Positions 40,232 through 52,899 of a stretch of DNA of 64,000 nt are shown one piece after another. The notes below the pieces were generated by a model, which worked only from the letters and a program-made list of their open reading frames with translations, searched no databases and was not told where the DNA came from. This DNA is from the human T2T-CHM13v2.0 reference genome, Homo sapiens, in assembly GCF_009914755.1 (NCBI RefSeq), contig NC_060926.1; one strand, 5' to 3'. A program made the translations under genes and the position numbers. Each line of letters opens with the position of its first letter. The first letter of the stretch is position 1.

Positions 40232-42849
40232 GCTCGCTTATCACGTGTAGTCAGCTGCTACTGGATATTGTTGGGAAAAGTGCAGTAGGCCACGTTCAAG
40301 GGTATCATTTTATCTGGGACACCACTGTAGTTAAAAAAAAATCTCATAAACATTTCGTTTAGAAATAAAGATCATAAAAATTTCATCCTTTAGACATTCT
40401 GTCGGAAAAGCCTTCCATAAATCATCTATATGAGAAAGTTGCTGTGAGGCTTAAATGAAATCATGCATAAAAAGCATTGAGATTATTTTTTGACACACAG
40501 TAATAGCATACATTGGAATTTGTATTTCTTAAATTAGATCTTTGTATCTATAGATAGAAAAAAAATCTCTGTTTATGTTTTTGTTCAAAGTTTTATTTAA
40601 GTTAAAAAATCATTATGAAAAGGATTGCCTTCTACTGCATGTACTGCAGAATGCCTGTGTCCTGTCACTACCCTGGGAATTATGCCATGCTGAATTTGTC
40701 CTTTTGAGGGGAAAAGTAACTTCTAGATTGTGCTGATATGAAAATATATCTATTTGTCTCTTCCTCTCCCAGCACTTTTGGACAAGAGCATAGTATTATG
40801 ATTCTTTTATACACTCCTCCTTAATAAAGCAATTTTGGTTTGTTTTTCTTTTAACAGTTTCCTTATGATATAGGTACCATGCCAGGAACAAGAGAATGGG
40901 GGAAGGTTAGAGGAAGAGAGAAACAGAAGTGAACTAGATAAAAACTCTACCCTCAAAGTGGATGTTTATTTATGCATTCTTCCCATATGTACTTATTGGA
41001 CTTGATGATGTGCCTGAAACACTGAAAGTCCCTGTCTATGCAATGGTTACATTCTATCATAAAAAAAAATCAGATATAAACCACACAAGCTGACGTCTCT
41101 AATGGATCTAAGTGAAATACAATTTTGATTCTGGACTCTGAAGTTAGATGTGAATAAACAATACAATTTCCTTAGTGGAACCAGTGGAACTACACAAGGG
41201 ACTCTCTCATTAATCTATTCTTTGTAGTTCATATGGAAAGCTAACTTGGGAAGGAACATTTTTGCCTCTCTCTTTTGGCCCAGCAAATGGAAAAGTCATT
41301 AGTTGTTGATGCAGAGTGATGTGTGGCACTGGGGACTTGTGCTGTGCCAAGGGAGGGGTCCCAATTACTTTCTGTAGCAAAACTAGATTTTTCTTGGACA
41401 CATTGTTCTAAAACCAATACTTTCACAGCTTCATTTGGGAATTGATTTTTTTCCAGACAAAATGAACTTCATATTCTCAAGACAACACTGTTAGCCAATT
41501 TTCCGGATATTTGACTAGAGTTCATCAGCTGGATATTTGAATAACTTTTTATTCTTTTGTGCCAACACAGTAGGCACAATTCCATTTAGGGAAAAATGAT
41601 AATAAAGCTGCAATTAATTATTGATATAACCTTAATAAGTACCTAATTATTCTTCCTCTGTCCCAACAACCACTAAATTCTGAGTCAAGAGGTTTGAATT
41701 TTACACATAGCGTGCATTGGCTCTATGACAGAGCAATCACTCAGGCACAATAATTCTAAATGATAATCAAAATACTCTCACGCTTCAGAATTGATAAAGC
41801 ACATTTCCACCACTGTACCACTTTATTTAATTCTACCTCATTAAAGTAGCCTATAAGACAAGTGTAGTTATTTCCATCCATTTTAAAACAAGAAAATTAA
41901 GCTCAGAGTGGTAGTAGAAAGTACTTAGGGGAAAGAAGGAATGAATGCTTATATTTATTAAGCCCTAATTATTTGCTTATTCCTCCATATTATTGTTGTC
42001 ATTTTATTTTTCAGGAAGCCATATAATTTATGCATTTTATCTTCCATTTCTATTGTTGATAGTAGATATTGAATCCAAGTTTCTAAAATGAAACTCCTTC
42101 TTTCTTTTCCTTGTATAAATCAGCACTTTTGGACATACAGAATCATTTATGTGGAATAAAGTTTCTGCTACCTGTCGTCTGTTAAACTATTTTTATGCAC
42201 AAATATAATATCCAAATACATTTCCTTCAAATATCTCATAATGTATTATATGAGAAAGAAATTAATATTTTAAGTGTACCATATTAATAGAATAATTACT
42301 AATGTATTAATTATTAGTAATATTAATAGAATGTAATGAATGTATTAGTGGTCTACATAAGATATTAATTTGTTAAGAAGAACAGAGTGATTGAATCTGT
42401 CAGATGAGCATATCTCATTTTTCTTTCTGCCCTTAGTTCCAAGCATTGCAGAAAACATAGGTCTTCAGTATCAATTGTTTTAATTCATATTCCTTATACC
42501 TGAAACATAAATATAGTCAAGCCATAGCTCATAGGGAAAAGATAGAGTAATTTAAGAAAGGTATGCATGTAGACATTATGAAGGACAATCAAGACTCCAT
42601 ATAACATGGGGGAAGACCACAAGAGCTAAATGAAAGTAGAAGTCTGCATACACATCAGGGAAGAAGACAACAGAAAGTATATTATCCAAGCCATAGGTCT
42701 TAGGATTCAGGGACATGTCTATCTTCTTGAGGAATCCTGAAGACAGTAGAAAGAGCAGGAAGATGATGTTTATTTTTTTCAACTGGCCAAGGGTTCCTGA
42801 AATCTTCTGGATTCAAGCACAGTATGAGTTCCACAGCTTGGTTCAGAAA

Positions 42850-43375
42850 ATTTGCATTAGAAGAGATTCAGCAGCACACACACACACAAAAAGCCAAAAT
42901 AACGGTAGCATACATGTATAAACATCTGTTTTTTTATCTCATATATAAGTTGTTTAAAGATGGAAGTTAGGAATATAGTGGTAGCAGCACAGTATGAGAT
43001 ACGAAGTTTTCTCTCATCTTGTTCACCCTTGTTAAAACTAGAATTCCATGTTCAAGGTCACTTCAAGGTCTAAGAAGACTGACAGGATGATGATACCATC
43101 ACATCTGTATCTCAAGAAGCAGAAAAAGAGGAGGTAGAAAAGGAAAAAAAATAATACAAAACAGCAGTCAGACCCATTTTTTCCATTTCCTGGAATTCAG
43201 CCTTCTACTTATATGTCAGTGGTCATAACTGAATTAAATGTCTACTTCTAGCTGCAAAGAAGGCTGGAGAATATTCTTTCAGCAATGCCAACTGCTGCCT
43301 TGAATTAAATCATAGTATGTAACAAAGTACAAAGGAAAGAATAGCTAGTGGGTAAGCTACTAGTAGTGTCTACAA
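42850..43375 (-). mobile_element. Old MaLR LTR relic (MLT1J/K-like)
   Basis: ttctacttatatgtcagtgg...ctagctgcaaagaaggctggaga. Confidence 0.5.
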
Positions 43376-43674
43376 ATATACTCACAGGCTATTCCAGCTC
43401 AAGAGGCCAGAGAGATGAGGTGGTGTTTCTTAGGGGGCAGCAGTCAAAGTCCTGAAATCAGATGGGATATGGCTTCGGTGGCCAAAAATACCAGCTGCAG
43501 TGTGAATCAAGAAGAGAAATTCCTTATTTAAATTATTTACCTATATCCATTGGAAAATTAACATGATATACTGTGATTTTATTAGACTGAGGCACTTTCC
43601 TGCAGTCTCCCAGAAATTTGTCATGATAAGTAAATAAATTACTGCTTTCTTTGCCGTGAATGACACTCCCTTTG

Positions 43675-44045
43675 TGATATAGTTTGGCTGTGTCCCCACC
43701 CAAATCTCATCTTGAATTGTAGTTTCCAAAATCTCCATGTGTTGTGGGAGGGACCTGGCTACAGGTAATTGAATCATGGGGGTGGTTACCCTCATGTTAT
43801 TCTTGTGATAGTGAGTGAGTTCTCATGAGATCTGATGGTTTTATAAGGGGCTTTTCCCCCTTTGGCTCGACATTTCTCCTTCCTGCCACCATGTGAAGAA
43901 GGACATATTTGCTTTCCATCATTATTGTAAATTTCCTGAGGCCTCCCCAGGAATGCTGAATTGTGAGTCAATTAAACCTCTTTTCTTTATAAATTACCCA
44001 GTCTTGAGTATGTCTTTATTAGCAGTGTGAGAACAGATTAATACA
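43675..44045 (+). mobile_element. THE1 (C/D-like) solo LTR
   Basis: tgatatagtttggctgtgtccccacccaaatctcatcttgaattgtag...attaataca; TSD ctttg/ccttg. Confidence 0.92.
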
Positions 44046-45089
44046 CCTTGGATAGTGAGCTATTAGTGCACTACATTATCGGTTCAAGCATAAACAAAGG
44101 CCCTGGAAGAAGGTAACATCAAACTCGATGACATCTATTCATCTGTTTTAGAGTTCCAAGTAGTACTAACAAGGACCAGAGTGTGTTTAAAGCTAATCTA
44201 GGGAGGTGGAAAAAGCGTTGGTTACAGTACAGCCTTCAGAGGGCCTATGAAAGACAGCCTGTAAATCCAACATTTGAATGCTTGCTCCTTGAGAAAGAAT
44301 TCTCTTTGCCATTCCTGGGTTATATCTATAAACCAGAAGAAAGTAGCATTTCACTAAGCTCAAATATATAATAAAAGTTCCTGTAAATCTAGTCAATGAA
44401 ACTTCAACTTGACATTTTGCTGATCTCTGAAGTATTAAATTATTATGTAGCACATTTGACTGTGTGTTAAGACACTCAAAAATTGTCAAATTATATACAG
44501 AGTAAAATTCAAATCAAATATTTGAAGAAATGCCAAAGTACACCACAGTAGTAGAGTTCTATGAAACCCAGGTTGAAATTACATGTTAAACGATGCTCTT
44601 GATCTCCAAGGTTGTAAGCCTAGAGTTCATTGAAGTGGAGCTTGGGAGACAGGTTTGGAGAGGAGGAGGTCTCATTAGTGCTGAATTCAATGACATTGTG
44701 ATGACAGGGATTACCCTGGCTTTATCCCAGAGTCCAACTTGGGACACTGGGAAAATTAGCAAATCAAGGTATTATGCAAAGGAATTGGGCTGGGTTTGGA
44801 AGACTTGTGTACTTTATGAAGGGTAAATTTGTGAACAGAAAAATAGAGATTTCTGTATCTTATATCCAGTTCTTTTAAATACAACTTTCCTCTTATCAAC
44901 AGCTGGAGGACACATGATGTGACAAATGCAATTAAACCTAAGGGGACAGTTCTTTAATACTGGATTCCATCAGATGGGATGAGCCTCCTTGGTAGGAGAT
45001 ACAGTATCCCAGCAGCCCTGTACAAATATATACACCTATAATTTCAGGGTTGTTGTAAAATCTAACTCAGACAATTTTACATAACTTCT

Positions 45090-46195
45090 TTGTTTTATTT
45101 TATTTTATTTTTAGGTGGCAAATAATGATGGTAGATATTCATGGGGTACAATGTGATGCTTCAATACATTGATATAATCGTAGCTTTGTACCCGTTGACC
45201 AATATTTCCCCTTTCCCTTTCCACCCCTCCCTGCTCCAACCTCTGGTAACCACCTTTCTACTCTATACGTTGATTTCAAATGTTTTAGATTACTCACAAT
45301 GAGATGATATGGTATTTGTCTGTCTGTGTCTTGTTTATTTCATTTAAAGCATTTTTCTCTAGGTTCATCCATGTTGTCTCAAAAAGAAGTATTTCCAGTT
45401 TTATCATGGCTGAATTGTATTCTATTGTGTATATATGCCATATGTTTTAGTACATTCATCTGTTAATAGAGACTTAGGTTGTTTTTGTATCTTTTCTATT
45501 GTGCATAATGTTACAATGAACATGATACTGCAGGCATTTCGTCAGCATACTTATTTTAATTCCTTTGGGTATATACTCAATTGTGGGATTGCTGGAACTT
45601 ATGGTAGTTTTACTTTTAGTTTTCTAAGAAACCTCCATGCTTTCTGTGAGGGCTGTACTAATTTGCATTCTCACCCACAGTGTACCAGTGTTGCCCTTTC
45701 TCCACATCGTCATCTGAGTCTGTTATTCCCTGCCTTTTTAATAAAGGTCATTTTAACTGGAGTGAGATGATATTTCATTGTGGTTTTAATTTATATTTCC
45801 CTGATGATTAGTCATATTGAGCATTTTTTTCATATATCTGTTGGCCATTTGCATATCTTCTTTTGAAAAATTGCTATTCAGAAATTTTGTCCATATTTTA
45901 ATTGAATTATTTGTTCTGGTTTTGTTTTGCTATTGATTTGTTTGAGTTCTTTTAATAGTCTAGTTACTAATCTATTGTCAGACAGATAGTATGCAAATGT
46001 TTTCTTCCATTTTGTGGATTGTCTCTTCACTTTATTTTCTTTGTTGTCCAGAAATTTTCTAGCTTGATATAATCCCATTTGTGTATTTTTGCTTTTGTTG
46101 CTTGTACTTTTGAGATCTTATACCAAAAAATTTTTGCCTAGACCAACGTCCTAGTCTCCAAGTCTTTCTTCTAGTAGTTTCATAATTTCATGTTT
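45090..46195 (-). mobile_element. L1MA-type LINE-1 3' portion
   Basis: T-rich tail, catggggtacaatgtgatg, ggttcatccatgttgtc; ORF 45878-46078(-) KVKRQSTKWKKTFA is an ORF2 relic. Confidence 0.88.
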
Positions 46196-47487
46196 CTATG
46201 AGGGCTTAATCCCTGCATCCGATTTCTGCCTGGACATCCAGGCATTTCCATACATCCCTGAAATCTAAGCAGAGGTTCCCAAACCTCAGTTCTTCATCTC
46301 TGTGCCTCCCTAGGCCCAACACCATGTGGAACACCCATGAGGGGCCCAGCACCCTCTGAAGCAATGGCCTGAGCTGTACCTTGGCTCTTTTTAGCCACAA
46401 CTGGAACTGGAGCAACTGGGACAGAGGGCACCATGTCTTGAGGCTGCAAAGAGCAGGGGATGTGTCCCTGGGCCCAGCCCACAAAACCATTTTTTCCTCT
46501 TAGACCTCTGTGCCTGTGATGGGTGGGGCTGTCATGAAGATCTCTTGACATGCCCTGGAGACATTTTCCCCATTGTCTTGGTGGATAACATTGGACTCCT
46601 CAATACTTATGCAAATTTCTGCAGCCGGCTTGAATTTCTACCCAGAAAATGTGTTTTTCTTTTCTACCACATGGTCAAGCTGCAAATCTTCCAAACTTTT
46701 ACTGTCTGTCACTTCTTGAATGCTTTGCCTGCTTAGAAAATTCTTCTGCCAGATAACCTAAATGATCTCTCTCAAGTTCAAAGCTCCACAGATTTCTAGG
46801 GCAGGAAAAAATGCTCCCAGTCTCTATGCTAAAGCATAGCAAGAGTGGCCTTTGCTCCAGTTACCAAGAAGTTCCACATCTCCATCTGAGACCACCTGAG
46901 TCCAGACTTCTTTGTCCACCTGATTTTCAGCATTTTGGTCAAAACCATCTCAACAAGTCTCTGGGAAGTTACAAACCTTTCCACTTCTTCCTGTCTTCTT
47001 CTGAGCCCTTCAAACTGTTTCAATCTCTGCCTGTTACCCAATTCTGAAGTCGCTTCCACATTTTCAGGTATTTTTATAGCAGTTCTCCCTACCTTAGTAC
47101 TAATTAACTATATTAGTCCATTTTCACACTGCTATAAAGATACTACCTGATACTGGGTGATTTATAAAGAAAGAGATTTTATTGACTCAACTCTGCAATA
47201 GCTTGGAAACTTACAATCATGGCAGAAGGGGAAGCAGGCATGTCTTACATGGTGGCATGTGAGAGAGAGAGAGAGCATGTGAGAGTGCAGGAAAATTTAT
47301 CATTTATAAAACCTTCAGATCACCTGAGAATTCACTTACTATCAAGAGAACGGCATGGGGGAAACCTTCTTCATAATCCAATCACTTCTCTCTCTCAACA
47401 CATGGGGATTATAGATCCCTCCCTTGACATGTAGGGATTACAATTTGAGATGAGATTTGGGTAGAGACACAGAACCAAACCATATCA
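46196..47487 (-). mobile_element. MST/THE1 MaLR: truncated internal (46196-47108) and LTR (47109-47487)
   Basis: MaLR ORF relic AKKSQGTAQAIASEGA; LTR ends ccaaaccatatca; second LTR absent. Confidence 0.88.
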
Positions 47488-48005
47488 GCTTTGTAGATGC
47501 ACTATGAGATTGGCTGATATCTCTGATTGAACACTGCAACTGGTAGGAACAGAGGTACCACCAATACCCATGAGCTGGTTAATTTCTTTATTTCTACCTT
47601 ACACGTGGGTGGTAAAATTGTACCATTTTCCCAGTGTTCTCTGTAAGGTGAGAATGGAGTGAGTGTCCTGGGAAGTGCCTCAGAATGCTAGGGAAGCTGG
47701 TTGCCTGCCTCATGTTCTCTTTTTTTTCTGTAGAAACTGTAAGCCTAGGGAAATATTCTCTGTCTGGCATTGTACCAACTTGGGGAAAAAGGAGAGGGTG
47801 GTATGATTGAACTGAGACCATTCTTCTTGCTCTCTAATTAGGATTATTTTTCCAGTTCTGTGTACTGTGCAAGTATCTCAAGCTTGCTTCCAGTTTTTGG
47901 GGTTTCCAAAGTGATGTTCTTGTCTGTGAATAGTTGGTAGTCAAATTTTCTGTAGGGGAAGGGAAGGCTAGACTTCCTATTCCATCACCTTGCTGATGTC
48001 ACTCC
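47488..48005 (-). mobile_element. L1M 5' UTR segment
   Basis: Minus strand starts ggagtgacatcagcaaggtgatggaatagg, resembling recalled L1M 5' termini with a degenerate YY1 site. Confidence 0.6.
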
Positions 48006-48098
48006 TGAAAAACTATTTTAAGTGGTAAAATGGTCTTTGCCTATATCATATTAATGTTCACATCTAAATGAGATTCCTCAGCCTTGTAGTTTGATGAC

Positions 48099-48455
48099 TG
48101 ATATGGTTTGGCTGTGTCCCCACACAAATCTCATTTTCACTTGTAGTTCCCATAATTCCTATGTATTGGGGGAGGGACCCAGGGGAGATAATTGAATCAT
48201 GGGGGTGGTTTCCCTCATCCTGTTCTCATGGTAGAGAATAAGTCTCACGAGATCTGGTGGTTTTATAAAAGGGGTTTCCCCTTTGGCTTGGCTCTCATTC
48301 TCTCTTGCCTGATGCCATGGAAGACATCCTTTGCTCTTCCACCATGATTGTGAGGTCTCCCCTGCCATGTGGAACTGTGAGTCAAAACTCTTTCCTTCAT
48401 AAACAACCCAGTCTTGGGTATGTCTTTCTTAGCAGCATGAGAACAGACTAATACA
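48099..48455 (+). mobile_element. THE1 (B/C-like) solo LTR
   Basis: tgatatggtttggctgtgtcccc...gaacagactaataca; TSD atgac/attac. Confidence 0.92.
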
Positions 48456-48790
48456 ATTACCATTTGGTGAGTTTTAAAAATTCGATAAGTTCAATCCAAA
48501 TGCTGTGTTTATAGTCAATGGTATAAAACTCCTAATTGCATATTATATTTATGAAGAACTTTAATAATTTTATGTGTATAAAAGATATAATTAACAAATT
48601 TTTATATAGAAATGAGCAGAAGCACACCAAACTCCAAAGGGCCTCTGTAAGTCCTCAGTCCTGTAGATTTCAAAAAATTGCTGTTTTAATTAGGATGAAA
48701 AGCTACTTTATTAATTTCTGAGATCAAGTAAAATTTATTATTTGTACAATTTAACAGCTTCTTATCAGATCTGTCAAAATGAGAGAGATC

Positions 48791-48996
48791 TGTCTGAGTC
48801 TGCTTGGACTGCCGTAACAAAATAGCATAGACTAAGAGGCTTAAGCAACAGAAATATATCTTCTCACAGTTCTGAAGGCTAGAAGTACCAGGTCAAAGTC
48901 TGGCAAGGTTTCTTTTTCTGGCTTGTAGACAATGGCTGCCTTCTTGCTGTTTGCTCACATGGTCTTTCCTTGGTGTGTGTGTGTGTGTGTGTGTGC

Positions 48997-49027
<31 letters not shown>

Positions 49028-49214
49028 GGAGAGAAAGAGAGAGAGATTGTTGCCTCTTATTATACTGACACTAATCTCATCATGAGGATCCCAACTTCAT
49101 GATTCATCTGACCCCAATTTCCTCCTAAAAGCACCATTTCTAAATACTGTAACATTGGGGGTTAAAGTTTCAACATATGAATTTGGATGGGGCAAAAACA
49201 TTTGTTCCATCATA
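48791..49214 (-). mobile_element. MLT1A-like solo LTR with internal (TG)n(GA)n
   Basis: tgtctgagtctgcttgg...ttctcacagttctgaaggctagaagt...tttcaacatatgaatttg; TSD agatc/aggtc. Confidence 0.85.
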
Positions 49215-49664
49215 AGGTCCATAGAATTAGTTTCCTTCAAAGAAAATACTCATAGCACAATTAGATTTTGGGTAAATACTACTCACTTATTTGGTCACAG
49301 TGCTGACATGCCGGACCTACTGTTGAGTCTCATACATAATGGAACTGTTAACTAGGACTCCGTTGGCCAAAACTCAATGTATCCAATTAGAATATAGAAT
49401 TGGAACTGGAATTTATTAAACCAAAATTGCGTATTACTTATTTTTAAATATAACCCCTCATTCAACATGAGTAGACAGAGTGATTAATATGTTAAATATT
49501 CCCTTATAAATGCTGAAATACAAAGAATTAGAGGGTCCATTTTTTGAGAAGCTCACAGTCTAGTTGGAGAAACAATTATAAAGAAGAAAAACATTAATAA
49601 TAAGTGTTAGAATAGCTGTAAGATCAGGGTATTATGGGAATTGAAAGGGAGAGTTTAGAGAAGT

Positions 49665-50163
49665 TATAGAGTTTACAGAGAACCCTCTGAATCAGGTCCA
49701 CTGTGCACTGGTTACCAGCTTCTCAGAGTCTGGCCAGGCAGAACAGGCCCCCACACAAGAAGTTACATGAAGTGTATTTATTTTTTACAGATAGGCAGCA
49801 AGGAACAACAGAGATTTAGGGTTCACTGTGAGCCAGTTCCCCAACACCCAGGACAGCTTCCCAGGGAAGACGGAGTCTCGTCTGCCTGTGCTCCACTTGT
49901 ACAGCAGGTAAGGAGTCCCAGAGAGCAGTCACCCTTGGTTTTATACTCTAGGACAATGTGACACACCAGACTAAAGTGCTGGAGAACATCCTGTTTCTAG
50001 GGGTTGTTAAAATAGAGCCAGTGCTGCTCTGGCCAGTCCTCCCTTATCTCAGAATGTTGTATTCTCAGCACATTCTATAATTACCCTTGAGAACTAAAAG
50101 CGAGAAAGATGAGGTGGGAGGAGAACTGCCTTAGTCCTTGGCTATACGGAGAAATTTTCTACA
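49665..50163 (-). mobile_element. Solo LTR, MER70-like (ERVL)
   Basis: tttatt (minus-strand AATAAA) near 49777, ttttata (minus-strand TATA) near 49940, cagataggcagcaagg...ggagtctcg. Family from memory. Confidence 0.5.
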
Positions 50164-52792
50164 TACTCTTTGTGATAAAGAAGAGCACATGCACAGCTGT
50201 TTTATCCCTTCCTCTCTGGGGACAGTGCTTTATCCATGATAGTATTAGGCCGATTCTTATTATTAAGAGGTCAAGACAGAAGAATGTCTCTGGCCTTCAA
50301 GTCACACTGCTTCTTTCCCCATTACTCAGCCTCACCCTGTGCTATGAGGGGGCCTTGTATATGCCCAGTTCTCACTGTCAAGCTCTGTTTCACTAACTCT
50401 GCCTTGAACACAATTAGCAGTGTTTGCTCTCCTAAGGACCGACAAGGAAGAGAACTGGACAGACTCTGACAATGAGTTCAGGTGATTTCTGCAGAAAAGT
50501 TTAGATAGAGTCTTGGCACCAAAAAAGATTGAGGCTGGGTCAGTCCTTCAGAAAGTGCAGACTCTTTAACCCATAGGGTAACTTATACAAGGACTAAGAA
50601 GGATCTGAGTGTCTCTTCCAAAGCATGAACTTCCATTGTACTGCTAACTGTGCAATAAATCATTATTTCACTATTGGTTATAGTACAGTCTTCCTTAGTT
50701 AAGAAAAGAAGGAGCTTAGGGCTGCAGTCAGTTCTGATTGTCTTACTTTGGGAAATTCACTTCTCTCTTGGAAGATGATCAACTTTCTCAAAGCTGAGGG
50801 CTTGGACTAAATCATTTTCAGACTTTGAAGCCTGACTTTCTTTTAACTTTGTAATACGTAGAAACCACTAATTCCCTCTGAGCCTTACTTTCTTATTTGC
50901 ATTAGCAGAATTCATATTTCTACCCATTTTATATCTAAGAACAGGATAATGTAAGAAAAGTGGTTCCAATATTGTAGAGCACAATTAATGTAAAAGCTGC
51001 AATTTGTCTCAGCTCTGTAACAGCTTCAAAAGTCAAATACTGATTCTATGAAATGTTGTAGAGCATAACGAATAATATTTTGTTCTCACTGTTGATTTTG
51101 CAATACACTGGAGGAAACGTTTGCCACAGCAAAAACTATCACAACTGGTACTCCTCTTCTTCAACTCACTCCTCCCTGCCCTTCCCCACCCCATCCCTCC
51201 CTATCCATCCCTCCCCAACAACCAAACTGCTTCCGGGGGCAGGTAAAATTCCAACAAATGGGATTTTAAAACAGGCTGCTCCACTTATTCCTGTGAGAAG
51301 TAAATAACTCGCCTTATGTCTCTGATCATTAGTAAAATGGCCAGTTAAGACACACAGCACAGCATCACTATGATGCTGTAAAAATGTCTAAAATGTGTAA
51401 AAGTGTTGTGGCTTTGAAACAGTAATATGACTGCTATGTGGTAAGAGCTCAATAAATGGTTGCTAATACTATTGCTCCACTTCTTTGTTTGTTTGCTCAG
51501 CAAACTACAAAAAAACTCATTTTAATCATGCCAGTCAGGCATAAAATAGTGAGTGAGAATGTCTCAATTTATGTACATATTTTCTCTCTTTTATTGTGGA
51601 TAAAACTTCAAGACAAGTTCTTTTCCTCGTTGTCTCTTAATCGAACTATTCTTGCTTTATTTCAAGCATAAATGTATTCTCTTTCATCTTCAAGGGCATG
51701 AAAGCAATGAAGATAAAATGTAATTTGTTAGCAAATCCTTGAGAAAGGATTTCCCCACTATGGGGCTAATGCAGCTCTGTTGTGTCACGTGATTGACATG
51801 GATGTGCACAGGTGCGTCAAAGATTCAGTCCTCTTCTCCATGCTACCCTGGGTACTGAAATTGGACAGTGGTCAGCTGCTCATTTATTCTGTGTGTTCTG
51901 GGGCAATGTGTTTTATTTTCCAAAACTTCTTTAATATTTGAAAAACAAATAAAGACAAGTCAAAAGTAATTCTCCAAGACACCAAATCAAACATATTAAT
52001 AATACCAAATTCTGAAAAGATTTTCTTGTCCTATTAAAAGATAAAATATTAGTGCTATGCAAGAAAGTATACTTCTATTAGTAACAATGACAACTGACCA
52101 TCGAACAGTAATAAAGATAGAGTGCATGCATTTTTAGTTATTTAAGAAATAAAAGGGTTACCAGAATAGGTTCCTCTATGATACATACTTGTTTGTTCAT
52201 TGATAATCACAATTTAAGGGCTGAATGAATTCCTGCATTCTCCAATTAGGTTAGATATGAATAATAAAGTACAAAATTCCTGTTCATATACAAGAAAGAG
52301 CCTTGACAATTCCACAGTGAACCTTTAAGCTTGAGAATTTATGATACATTTATGTGGTCTTTTGAAGACTAAACATTCTTTTATAGCATCAATATTTGAC
52401 TTTTCCAGCTGGGAGGGAGCTGAGTCCAATCCAAGCTTTTGCATGAATTGTGCTTACTTAACTGATTTTTGGAACTTGCTTAACTGATTTTTCTCTCTGT
52501 GTCTCAGAACCTTGGAACCAAATAGGATTCCCCAAATTTGTTATCTGTACATGCTCATATATATTTCTAATTTAATTTTGCATATATTCATGTACATATA
52601 ATTGCATGAAGGCACACATATGATTGTAATATGCACAACTGATATCACTGTTTTATATTTTTTCTGTCTTAGTTTGTATCTGCCGCTTTCATTTTCTGTC
52701 TTCTAAATTTCCCCTTTTGTTACAAACTAAACAATTCAGAATGGTAAAATAATATTAGTTTGTTTGCGTGAATTACCTTGTTTATTACCCGA

Positions 52793-52886
52793 GTGTGTGT
52801 GTATGTGTACTTTAAAGTGCATATATATAAAATATATATATATAAAGTGCATATATATATACACACACACACATATATATATATAT
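52793..52886. repeat. Mixed (TG)/(TA)/(CA) microsatellite
   Basis: Dinucleotide runs, with aaagtgcatatatata present twice. Confidence 0.85.
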
Positions 52887-52899
52887 GCTCTATATGCTT

